Part shown: positions 36,716-48,360 of the stretch, in pieces | Numbering within the stretch: the first letter of the stretch is position 1 | Layout of the letters: each line of letters opens with the position of its first letter | Source: Marsupella aquatica | Taxonomy: Eukaryota; Plantae; Marchantiophyta | Assembly (NCBI GenBank): GCA_973895155.1 | Contig: OZ316891.1 | Location: 29,375,611-29,439,610 of the forward strand | Length of the DNA stretch: 64,000 nucleotides | Direction of reading: 5' to 3' | Translations under genes and position numbers: made by a program | The notes under the pieces: generated by a model | Told to the model about the DNA's origin: nothing | What the model saw: only the letters and a program-made list of their open reading frames with translations | Databases searched by the model: none

Positions 36716-38938
36716 GGCCTCCTACTAGCTCTGCAATCTGAACGTAATAAATCATTTTCTTGCCCCGCTCCTTTCATACAAGTTTTCGACTTTTCCTCTC
36801 AAAAGGACAATCTGAACCTAACAACCTGATACATTCATTCAGCTCTCATAACCTTTAAATTCGGCAAATCATTTTCAGGGTTTGTGAGGGAGACATCAAA
36901 AAACCTAACCAGTTGATTTGCGTTCCACCATGCAATGGGTAACGTATGGCTATATCTTCGGTACTCCTCTCGGGTTGTCCCTGCTGTTTCAATGAAAGGA
37001 ATTCAACAATATCTCGCAAGGCAAAACGAAAATTGTATGCCTATCCTGTACTGTACCGTCAGGCTGAAGGTCCTCTGAGCATCGAAAGTCGAGCGGCAGA
37101 TATGCCTGATGAACTACTCGTACTGTTTGATTCAGAACAGAGATATCAGCTGATGGCAACCCAATTGTTCCTTACAGAATTGGAAGGCCAAAAAGAAGAT
37201 GCAAAATATCAGAGTACAGAACGACGACCTTGACGATCACAGGGCAGAGGACAGAACAGTGTCTTTGAGGAGATGAACCTTGGCTCTGATAAGGCTTTAC
37301 ATGTTTGGCTAGACTTGATTATTAGACACGAGTAGGCATACTTCGTTTTAAGCAATTTGTTGCAGTCAGTAAAAATGTCCGGGTGCTACGCACTTTTGGG
37401 TAGAAAGGATAATAAATAAAGAGTCCGATTGAGACATGGATTTCTCTGTACCATGCAGTTTTCGTTTTTTTCTGAAGAAAGAGGGAAAGTATTTTTGTAA
37501 AAATATCCTGGTGGGACTACCCACTTTTCAGATACATACACAGGAAAATAAGGCAAGAGTCCGAATGAGATCTAGAATTTGTTATTTAGAAGGAAACCGA
37601 GTGTCATGCACTTGATGTTCGACAGTTGGGAATTGAGTTTTATTCGTTATTTGTCAGTCATGCTCCGAGATATTTTACACATAGCCTACCGTTATGCATC
37701 TGTTCGGTTGTGCTGTCAAATACTCTCAAAATACTGAAATAGGCTGCAGTCATCGATCATGTACTTTTGGAATGCTGATGATATGGTAAATCTGATAAGC
37801 CGGTTACTAATGGCTAGCTTTGGATCTGTTTCGAGTTCGGTTGCTACGTGCAGTTTACTGGTATCATGTAATTTTGAGCTTAGCAATCGAGTTCTTCTGG
37901 AGAATAATTGTGGTAGCGGCACACAGGAACAACTTTCTACCCTCCTTGGAAAGTGAACATGAAACTGGTGAACTTGTCCACAAGTGCTCCGAGGAAGGCA
38001 GCATTCTCAGTATCTCAAACACGTCACACAAAGGCTTTTGTTTCAGACATTCTCAATGTAGGCAAACGACTATTGACCTTGAACACATTCGGGCACCCAT
38101 GAATGGCCCTAAATGACGTTCTTCTAGGGTTCTCGTTTTCCTCTTTGAGGAGTCCTCCCTGTCAGTATGGTGACTCTACCTTATTGAATCCTTGCCACCT
38201 AGGAGTTTAGTCGCCTGTCTGTGTGTACAACTTTCTGCCGGGTCTCAATTTGCTTGAAGTCTCTGCCATTGGCAGTTTGTGTTTCGTTGTCATGAATTTG
38301 AACTTAGTGTTTCAATAAATCTGAACACGTTTGGGAGTCAAGCAACCTTTTCTCATGCAATTAATACAGACCGCTAGCCAATCAGCAAACTAAGTTCCCT
38401 CAGATCAATTTCTAACCAAAAGGCGAACTCCCTTACAATGCAGTTCCTAATTCAATCAATCATTGCTATATATATGTATAATTTTCACGCTCGATTACTG
38501 TGAGCGTTCAAGTGCTTGAAAATCCCGAATCCCTGCCCAAAGACCTGATCTTCCACTAGTCAAACAGGTTCTAACACTTTCCATCCTAGAAATTGAGGGA
38601 TTTGAAATATTTTTGGTTGCCACGAAACCCAAATTTGCAGTTCAAAACTTGGCGGCCGTGTCATCTGACCAGCCTACCTTTGGGGACGGATTCTTCCTTA
38701 ACTTTTTGTATGATACACATTATAGATTGAAACAATAAACATTGTGCTCACTCTAAAAGCTATCGGCAGCCCACAATCCGCGGGCTTCTTCCTACGTATC
38801 AATGTATATTTATCTATGTGGACAACTGCTCCAACGCTGATTAGAGGAACATCCCATGTAGCATTGAAATCGATTGGCAAAATTTTGTGAAACATGGAGT
38901 GTCTAAGTTGAGGCAACGGAAACTTGCTGACATGGTTA

Positions 38939-39988
38939 TCAAGCAGTCTTCTTCTCCTTCTTTGCCATATAGGGGTACTTTTGATGAATGATGGTGCTGC
39001 TTACCACGAGAGGAAGGGCAGCAACAACATGCCAAGGAGGCGGAGTACGATCAATGAGCACTTGTAAAGCAGCAGTCACCAACAACGCAGAGACGACGAC
39101 AAAGCCCTTTTTAACACCACCTGCATACATGGTGACCAACCCCACCAGAATACCGCCAACTGCATTCGTGAAAACTGGCACAATTGTCAAAGGTGTCCAG
39201 CCATGCAGGAAGCCTTTTTTCCTGATGGCTGCCCCATCTGGGGATTGCAACATGCTGCCAATGAGAACCAAAGATCCAATTGTTGACATCTCCACAGTCA
39301 TTAGGTATGTGCTTCTCTTTTTCACCTGAACAGCCCATTGACAGAGGGTTGAAGCCAGACCCGAAAGCATGGAGGCAACCAAAATGGGCACAACACCCAG
39401 AAAAAACGAGTTCTCCTGAAGGTCGTGGACATTCCGAGGTTTTTTACTGAGACTCAAGAGTGTCGCTGCTATCAACAGTATAAGTAAAGCTCCTACCTGC
39501 TGCTTCGACTGTTTGTACCCCAAAAATATGAACATAAACAAGCCGGTGAAGACCAACTTAGTCTGATTCAGCAGAGTCGCTGTCAATGAGTCGAGGTTCC
39601 GGTATGAAACTTGAATCAAAGTATTTTGAACTGCATAAATTATCGCAGGTAGAGCGGACCCTTTCAGAGCATCTCCCAAGCTCCAATCGCTCCTCGACCT
39701 TCCCAACTCGCCTTGCCAGCCCATGGCTAAAAGTGCACACACAATTTTCACAAGCTCGCAAGCAAGCACTACCGTTGTCATTATTACTTTCTTGCCACTG
39801 AAATATTGGGTGAGAAGGGGCTGAGCCCCATACTGCAGGGTGAGAAGGACCATGCAAATCAACGATCTCCTCCTCAGTTGCTCAGAAGTAGGACCTTTCC
39901 CCTTTGCCCCAGCTCCGACAGTCTCCTCCCTTCCATCGGCTACATCGGACATGACCTTCAACCCGCCACGATTTCTAACCTTCTCCAT
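38939..39988 (-). CDS. ROCK1: Nucleotide-sugar transporter (ROCK1 / UDP-GlcNAc transporter-like, SLC35A family), 349 aa, intronless CDS
   Basis: Motifs LLTLQYGAQPL, LPAIIYAVQNTLIQVSYRNLDSLT, LNQTKLVFT, LSGLASTLCQWAVQVKK and GGILVGLVT...KGF; C-terminal di-lysine KKEKKTA. The first ATG is at 39988. Confidence 0.9.
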   Translation of the reverse strand: MEKVRNRGGLKVMSDVADGREETVGAGAKGKGPTSEQLRRRSLICMVLLTLQYGAQPLLTQYFSGKKVIMTTVVLACELVKIVCALLAMGWQGELGRSRSDWSLGDALKGSALPAIIYAVQNTLIQVSYRNLDSLTATLLNQTKLVFTGLFMFIFLGYKQSKQQVGALLILLIAATLLSLSKKPRNVHDLQENSFFLGVVPILVASMLSGLASTLCQWAVQVKKRSTYLMTVEMSTIGSLVLIGSMLQSPDGAAIRKKGFLHGWTPLTIVPVFTNAVGGILVGLVTMYAGGVKKGFVVVSALLVTAALQVLIDRTPPPWHVVAALPLVVSSTIIHQKYPYMAKKEKKTA

Positions 39989-41911
39989 CTTGGCTTGTTG
40001 ACAACAGGCCAATGGAGTGAGCTTTCTAATAGAGATCGTTCACAATACTTCTGAAATGAGGACTAGGTCAACAAAGTCACTTGTCTAATCAGTTGGTAAC
40101 AGCAATTGAGATGTAAAAAATTGGCCACGGGGAATTCAGGGCCAGTGTAAGCACTGCATACATTTTATGGCAATTGGCATTTCTAATTGGCTGATGACAA
40201 GCATGCCATCAAAGTCGAGGTGACATGAACCAGAGGCCCGATTCGCTTTCTAAGTTTCAATCAAGTTCCATATCTCCGTGTCATTGCATCGTGATACAAG
40301 TCCCAAAACAAGACCCAACAATAAATCCAGCCCAGCCCAATGTGTTCGAGTCCGTCACAAATAGGCCGAGCAGCTCCTCGAACAAGAAGTTCAGGAAGTA
40401 TTGAGCCAAGTCGAAACAGTTGCTCCAGAGAATTCCCTACACCTGCGGAGGTCAGATCTACTAGAGATGAGTGACACTAATCCTCCACCAGATTCTCTCG
40501 ACATAAAACATACAATGCATGGATCATCTTTTTGGGTAGCGATCCCTACAACCTACAATCTGCACTCCAAATACCCCAAATCGTGAAAAACAAAGTGGAG
40601 GCCCCCAGATTTGTAAACAGCCTCAAAGAATTGACACAGACTCATATAAGGGTGACCTCAATAACCTAACCACTTCGTCGGGAAACAGCCCCGGAGAGCA
40701 ATTGCCCTAATTCGAAAAACAAATGTAAGGACTGACGCAAATAAGAATCCCCACATGCACCTAACAGGAGCCCGATCAGTGAAGAGACCCTTGAAGAAGG
40801 CTCACAGGGTGGTGCCATGAACACTTTACCAATTGGTCAAAGAAAAAACCCCAGAGAGCACTTCGCAACAAAATCTTGCAAGTTAAGCATGCATACCTTG
40901 CGATAGGGCAAGCCATATGAAGGCAGAATCCTCTGAGGACAGAGCTGGGATCGTGCACATCACAGTAGTGAAGACAAAGCCGCGAGTAAAATTCCACTCA
41001 GTCGAGAATTACAGCATCAGAATGAAATCAGGCACCGCGTTCAATTCTTTCCAAAACTGTCTTCCCTAAAAAAACACCAGAGCGAAGGAGCCCTCTGTGT
41101 TCAGATGCACGGACACGTCAATTGTAACATACAGTAGATTCAACTTCCTCAACCGCAATTGATGCCACCTCTCGCTCCACTCCCCGTCATGAAGAGCTGC
41201 AAACATGATTCGACCTCTCACTCCTGAAACACAAACAGTGACCTTCCCTATCAAAGAAAAAGTTTTTACTGTACGTAACCCTCAGGATTTTCTGGCCTAT
41301 TTCGCGTGTGAAAGGGCAACAAGAGCTCAAATTAAGTCGATGCATGTTTCGAAATCGCCGATCTCATCTGAACGATTATCTTATTCTCTGAGGGGAAACA
41401 AACAGAGATCCGGTTACTCCCTTGGATAATTGGATTGATAGATACATTCCTGCAAATTACCGTGGCCAGAAAGAATTCAGAAGGACCTCACTTCCTCACG
41501 CGAAAACGCGAAAACGCACCTTACAGCAAACAGATCTCATGACAGAGACTCGCTCCCCAATTCACAGAAGCAGGAGCAGGAGCAGTGCTAGGAAGCCATC
41601 GATGGATCAATCCTTCCATCCCACGTAAAGCAATCTGTCACACGGTTCTACTGCAAGCCCAGATCTCATCTGTGCAGAAGCTTGTTGGGACTGGATCCAT
41701 GGCTTGCAGAGTAAGTTGGACAAGTGTCCTGCCTCCCCAGCCGCAATTGCTGGAGTGGCCTGCCTCAGGTCTTCCATAGCTCATAGCTAAGGGGCAGTGA
41801 TTTTTAGGTTTTTTAATTTCGTCAAAAGCTTACCTTCTCCACATACTAACCAAACATACAAAGAAAAATTGGGGGAAATATTAGTCAAATTTGCCCTAAT
41901 CTGTCTACCTT

Positions 41912-42201
41912 GTTTTGTTTGGTTGGCCTTGAAAGACAAAAACAAGACCCATCCAAGAGACACTAGACATTATGCTCTGGAGCTAACATAAGATATAATG
42001 CAGGGTAGCCACAAGGGGACAATACCCAAGGATCCAAAGCGGTTTGATGGAGGGGATAAAGAGAAACCAGCACTCCCATCACTACACTTTAACCACACAT
42101 AGTACCCTCCACACCACTTGAGTCCTTGTGTATGGAGGGATTGAACCTAGGATCTCTGGGTCCTAGGCTCATCCCTGGCCAACTGACCAAAGTCAGCTGG
42201 T
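41912..42201 (-). mobile_element. tRNA-derived SINE, family B (~290 bp)
   Basis: 15-bp TSD taatctgtctacctt / taatctgcctgcctt (41897-41911 and 42202-42216). The minus strand has A-box-like tggtcagttgg, B-box ggttcaatccc and a caaa-rich tail. Confidence 0.8.
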
Positions 42202-42904
42202 TAATCTGCCTGCCTTTAACTCTGGTTGGGTTCCCCACATCTTTGAAGATCTAATGGCTTTCCATAAATTTATGAATAGCTATAAAAGGGTCCAGCCATT
42301 CTTTTCCTGTTTTGAAGATTTGCCAAAGGTGACAACTAGCAGTTATAGAGAGCAGGGACTCTCTGTAGTAAAGAAAGGCATGTTAGTATAGTTATGCAGA
42401 GTACTTTCATACCAATGCTCCCCCGCATTGGATTCAATGGTGGCAAATGGCAGATAACTAAACCCCAGTATCATTCACCAGCTAGTTTCTACTGTAGAAA
42501 GACGGGTGGGTCTCACACATTTCCCCTCCCGAGGCATTAGCCATTTCAACTCTAGCATAAAGTAGAGAAAAAATCATTGCTTAGTAGAGTCCTAAAGATA
42601 TAAGAAGAAATACTCTCCTCCTTTTTTCTTGGAGTATTCCCACCTATTGGAGCAGAGTCCAAAGGGAGATCAGTTTTGTGTGAATGACATGTTACTCCCT
42701 TCCTCCTTTGTCTACCAGGCTATGCTCTGCCTAAGCCATACGGCCTGCGAGAAATCAACTAGCGAGTTTGAGAGTGCAATACCGCCTGGTATGACACCCC
42801 ACCAAACAGCAAAAATGATTGCAATACATCAATCTAGATCCTTGTGGGTAGCTATGTTGCATATGAAATTGGGAAGAGACTTGGTTGGATAGTGGAATAT
42901 ATAG

Positions 42905-43026
42905 GATTAAGGGCTCTTCCCATCCCATAATGGGGTATAGGGTTGAGCGTATGTGGAGGCCCCATGGGCCGATGCATATGCGTAGACCCATACCCCATAT
43001 ATTATGGGCAAGATGAGCCCCTAATC
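42905..43026. mobile_element. ~120-bp palindromic Tourist-like MITE
   Basis: Arms gattaagggctc..cccataatggggtat / ataccccat..attatggg..gagcccctaatc, in a TTA/TAA context. Confidence 0.6.
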
Positions 43027-43222
43027 GACATTAAGGTGCAAATTGAAACGGTCAATGCTACTGTACCCTGGTCGTGAAAACCTGGGAACAGCCCAGATTA
43101 GCTATAAGGGTGGGAATGTGGACCCACCTGACCAAACATTCCATAGAGTTCAGTGCAGTGCGTCCTGCATCTTGCATCTGCCATTGTGTGCATTGCCACT
43201 GTGGGCATTTTGGCTGTGGGTC

Positions 43223-46200
43223 TGTGAGATAAGGATGTTTATAAAAGAAGGGTTAACTAACCATAAATTTTAGAATTTTTACGTTTAAGATCTTAAATAA
43301 TGCTGAAGAGGGACCTGAAGACTACCTTGAAGTGTTATGAGACTTTCAAGCTGATCTGAGGTCAACCCGGATTGATATTAGAGAAGGAGGATTGACCCGG
43401 AACTTTTTGTTATAAGCCTGGAATGAGATATAAAGCTTACAACGCGACTCTACTGAATAACAGCTGTGCATTGCCAAAGTTTTTAAAACCATAAGTCAAA
43501 CACAGGCGCAACTACAGCAGAATCCGGATATAACGAAGGAGAGTCGATCCGGCCTCTCACACCTCTCAAAGCCGAACTTAGTAGGTTTTGAGCTCCCGAG
43601 TGCATTAGGCTGTTTAAGCACTAGAGTGAGGAGGCTCTACCCTTTTGGTAGAGGATCTTGGGTCCGGATTATAGGACCAATCTTGCATTGCATGATGAGA
43701 GCCTGGATATGAGGGTACTGACTGATTCGTTGTGAGGGGAATGCCTACTCCACCACTGGAAGTGAAGGCAGGAAGTTTGAGATCCTGATCGTGGATACAT
43801 CGGTTGTGAGAAGGGAGGCCAGGTCGATCCGGACATCACCATTGCAGGCCCGATTGAGTCCAGATTTTCCCCACGTTAGATGACCCTGCATTGTGGTTGA
43901 CGAAATCTTGATGAAATTCTTCTGAAACGATTTTCAGTTGATCAGAAACGCTGCGGCCAGGTCGACCCGGACATTTCTACCAGTGGTCGACATCGAAGAG
44001 ATTTAACATTCTGAAGTCGCAACATTGAAGAGCTTGCCGTAGAAGAGGCAGAACATTTACCAGAAATCAATTTTCTGCTTTCAGAAATCCTATGGAGCAA
44101 GGGGCGGATCCAGCCGGAATGTCCACTTCTCGCGTTTCTAAGGGGCATTCAACCTCAACATCACCTGCACCTACTCCGGTTAAAGCCCCTGTGAGACGAT
44201 CGAAGAGAAAGGAGGTCCCTATTGCCATGAAAATTTTGAGGCCAGCTATTTCGGACAGTGAAGCTGAGAAGGTTAAACTGAGGGAGTCTTTGCTTAGGAT
44301 GGGCTGTGAGTCTCTGATGGAGCTACCTTGGAGTTATCAGAGCGAAGATATGATCAGAGAGATCCGATCTAAGGAGTATCCGGCTGAGTTTAAGGATACC
44401 TCCAGAGGCCGACGTGAGCGATGGACTCAGATGATGATTGCAGGAGCTTTTGTATTGGAAGATGAAGGAGAAGGTCCAGTGGGGAGAGCTGTCAATCTAA
44501 TCTTTCCTTACTTCAAAGGAGCCATCAACAGTAAGGACGGGTTCAATGTTTCTAAGTGTTTGGATCCTGATCTGAGATGAGTCTTCAGCTTTCTGCTACC
44601 CTTGCTGTACCCTGAGAAGCCAAGAAGAGTTACTGTTGGAGTTGGCTCTACCATTGTTGTTGCTTACAAGGGAGAAAGAAAAGTCAACTGGGCTAAGCTT
44701 ATCTTTGATTTGATAAGGAAGTTGATACAGAACCTATCCAACAAGAGTCCTACTCCCCTCTCCTGCTACCTGGTACATCTATATAGCTTTGAAGGAGTTT
44801 TGTTCAGAGAGGAGAAGAAATTACTATTGGCCAAGTACAACTTCATCAAGTATGGAGAGACAGATCCAGATATCACCCAGGCCACCTCTGATGACAGTGA
44901 GGATGAGGAACCAGCAGAGACAAATCCTCGAAAGACCCGGTCTGCTGCCCGGAACCTCGACCCGGCCTTCGTCGACCCGGCTGAATGTCCGGATGCACCC
45001 GGCCATGCCTCCCAAGACACCCTAGCTGATTTCCAGATCATCTCAGACACGTTCTAGAAGGTGAAGAGGAAGACCACTGTGATGGAGAAGGTCATCACCG
45101 ACATTTCGCAGAAGCTAGGAGTGAAACCAGGGCAGATTCTTGAGAAGATCTCCACCATGAGTGATGCCACAGATAAGAAGAAGTTGGAGAAGGAGAATGA
45201 GTTCCTCAAGAAGAAGGTATCTGAACTCAAACAGCAGTTGGAAAGGAGTAAGAAGAAGAATGAGCTTGAGCATACTCTCCAACTCAGTATCACTCAATCT
45301 TTGGATCTGATTGAGCCTTTGACTGAGATAGCTTCTCTGGATCTTCTTAAGGCCCAAATTTATGATGAGTATTTGGCCAAGAACACTACACCCATCCTCT
45401 TCTCCAAGATTAACCATTTAGTGGTAGATGTGAGTACCAAGGTGGATGATGCATTTACAGGCCTCTCAAAGACCTGTGAAGCCTTAAGGGAGATGAGTGA
45501 CTTGACTACTGAGGAGCTATTAGCTGATACTGAGATTCCTCCCTTTACTACCAGATCTTTCTCTCCTAGTCCTCATGAAGGAGTCTATTCCACTGGCCCC
45601 TCATCACCCCTCAACCCTCCTGATTTCCCCACTCCTAGTACACACTTCCACTCCCATTCTTACACCTATTCTCATGACCCAAGTGCCCATCAGGAGAACA
45701 TGGATATTGACCCGTTCATCCCTTTTACCACTGGCCAGCAGGGAGTTTTCCTTCGACCAGAACCCCTTGCCATGGCTAACCCTGAGGAGGTTCCTTCCCA
45801 AAAGCTAGGACCAGAATAGAGTTATATTTAGAGAGTTAGAGCCACATTAGTTTAGACTTAGAAATATCTATATAGATTAGTATATGAGTAAGTAGACTCC
45901 AGTGTTTTGTTGATGTATCCATTGGAGACTCTACTCCATTTTTGACTAGGATAGTTCACTTTTATTTACATATTTCTTTAGACTTGGGTTTTGAAGAGGC
46001 ATGTCTTTTCATAATCTCTACTTTTAGTAGAAAAGGAGGAGAACCCAAAGTCAACCGAGAGAGAGAGAAAACATACATTTTGATTTCCTCATTGCCTTTG
46101 AAGGAATCTATGTCTTTCTTCCCTTTTTTTTACTATGGTTGAGTAAAAGGAAGAAGTTTAGCAACCCTTGAGTTGTTGTGGAATGTTCAATGAATGCTAG

Positions 46201-46808
46201 AGTGTGCCTTAATGATATTGAAAGATCAATGAGATTTGTGATCAATACATTTGGAAGATTCACCAAAGAGGAAATTGACATTTGCACAAAACTCAAACAA
46301 GCAATCTTAAGGATTGTAGGAGAAGTAAACCAATTCGAGTATCCTAGTACCGTCTTAAGCAAGACCAGAAAAGTGTCCCGGGTTGATTTACATTGTTGTC
46401 TTCTAAATTCAAGAGATGGAGAAGAGTTGCTACGAGAAATCAAAAAGCATAGAAAATGTTGATTTCTGAATCTTAAATTAGGCCATAATCCTTATTGAAG
46501 GAGTGGTGATGGTCAGAAATTCAATTCCCTTGCACTTTGAAAACTCCTATCTACTCTCTCTCTAGTTTCAATCTTTGTTAATTCTAGTCTTTATTATTGC
46601 ACTGTGAATCCTAAGGATTACCCACTTGAGTTTGTGGTTAAACACTTATGTTAAGGAGATCACTAGAAATCTCTCCAACCTAAGAATGTTGGTGTAAACT
46701 TCTCAAATTGTGTTAATTCAGTCTTTTCGATCTTATCCACTCCTAACCAGAACGAAATCGAGTTGTTAAGGAGTAAATAGTCATTTATCTCTTTATCACC
46801 TTGCTACA
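43223..46808 (+). mobile_element. 3586-bp solo-LTR-like unit of a Ty3/gypsy (Tat-related) retrotransposon
   Basis: Begins TGTGAG and ends GCTACA. Perfect 5-bp TSD GGGTC at 43218-43222 and 46809-46813. No paired internal LTRs and no gag/pol seen. Confidence 0.75.
44092..45819 (+). pseudogene. Retrotransposon accessory ORF (575 codons) with two premature stops
   Basis: ORFs at 44092, 44602 and 45061 share one frame, broken by TGA 44578-44580 and TAG 45055-45057. Motifs LMELPW, RGRRERWT, SKDGF, FLLPLLYPEKPRRVT, KVNWA and PTPLSCYLVHLY match, from memory, the repetitive bryophyte LTR-element accessory protein. A coiled coil follows. Confidence 0.75.
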
Positions 46809-47264
46809 GGGTCTTTGCAAGTCTCTTGGGTGTCAACGATTTGCTCTGCAAGTCTCGTATGCTGTTTGTATCGACAATTCAAATTGCCAATGTTTTGTGG
46901 AGGATTTGGAGGTCTCATTGCCAGTGTTGTCAAGGGGCAGGACTTGTTGCCCGTCTTGGTGCTAGTGTGGATGTCAGTCGACCCCTTGTCGACAAGGAGC
47001 TTGAGTCAGCTCTCCCGTCTCAATGTCGGGCGCTTCCATTGCTGCTCGTGGAGAATCCGGTGATCTCGCCCTTTGCCCTTGAATGTTTACTTGATTGTAT
47101 ATGGCTCATCCATCATTCAGTATTGGTATGTCAAAGCTGAAGAGTATTTCAGACGTAGAGGAGGATGAGAAGTGCAACATTCCTACAATGAGCAATATTG
47201 TGGTGAATATTGATAACCGATGCGAGGCAGAGTTGCTGAAACTTAATGACACGCTTGATTGCTA

Positions 47265-48360
47265 CATGTGGACAAGCATCCAAAGAAGGGCCCTCTTGTG
47301 ATTACAGTCCCTGGTCATGCGCCCCTCAAAATTCTTGAGGAGGATCCAAATTTTCAGAAGACCCTTGCTAAGGGTGGTTCAAATCCAAGTGTTGTTGTTG
47401 ATCGTTGGGCAGTGAATAGACTGAATCGGTTTTGCCTGCAATTTTGAGAGTTTAAGGGTTTGGACTGTAGTGTATGCTTTGAGGATCTCCCTGCAGATGA
47501 GTGCAACACAATGTTAACCAAATTCTTTGAACAGATTTGTAAGAAGAATGGGCCTCTATGTCCAACTTAGACACAAATGGGTATACAATGCTTTCCATAG
47601 AGTTTTGAGGCGTAGATTGAGGTTAGGTAAATCAGTGGGACAAGATGAGCCAATTTTCCACATGCACTAGAGTCCATTGTTCAAACAGGTCAAGATAGCT
47701 TGCATTTTTGCCATAGAGTGATAAAAGAGAAATGGTGCAAATTTACCTGAAAAGAAGGCGTCTGTAATTTTGTTGGCTGATGAGGCCACGATCCTGGCCC
47801 ATTCTTGCTACCATTCACCCTTGAGGCCTTCAACGTCATGCAATTTACTTCTTGCTGTTTTGCTTTGCCATTTGAGGAGGCGCCAAATTGCATCTACTTG
47901 CTAAGAGTGGCTTTATTGTGAGCTCTGGTAATAATGGGCTCTGATGATAATGTGAGATACGACAAGTGACTCTCAAAGAATTATAATCCGGTCTAGAACA
48001 TTATCAGGAGGAGAATTTTTGTCTAGCTGTTACAAGTTACAATGTTGATATGGTTCAGACAATGGGGAGTCCAATATCCCATTTGCCTCTTGCTGGATTA
48101 TTTTTGTTCTATTAGTGTATTGATAGTCCCCTTGATAGTCCACGTACGCATGCTTGGTACTCAACTCAACGTGTTTCAATAAAGAAATTGAGTGGGATTG
48201 TGAAAGAGATTCACCAAGAGTGTGGCTTGCTAACAGAAGGCATATCAGCAGATAGAAGATCTGTGAGACATGCATGGCTATAGAGGGAGTACTTGCGCCT
48301 ATTGGTATGTTGATAATCGGGCACAAAAGCTAAGGTGCTTATGCCTGATATGACAGGAGA
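47265..48360 (+). mobile_element. Decayed Crypton-type (DUF3504-like) tyrosine recombinase pseudogene
   Basis: Frameshifted translation: DRWAVNRLNRF..FEDLPADECNTMLTKFFEQICKKNG..YNAFHRVL..PLFKQVK..KKASVILLADE..P*GLQRHAIYFLLFCFAI*GGAKLH..SKN..WYSTQRVSIKKLSGIVKEIHQECGL..GV..IGMLIIGHKS*GAYA*YDR. Confidence 0.8.

Noticed and set aside
37103-37158. C/D-box snoRNA candidate (TGCC-TGATGA...CTGA-TGGCA)
   Set aside because: Only about 56 nt long, the k-turn spacing is poor and I see no convincing rRNA/snRNA guide of 10 nt or more.
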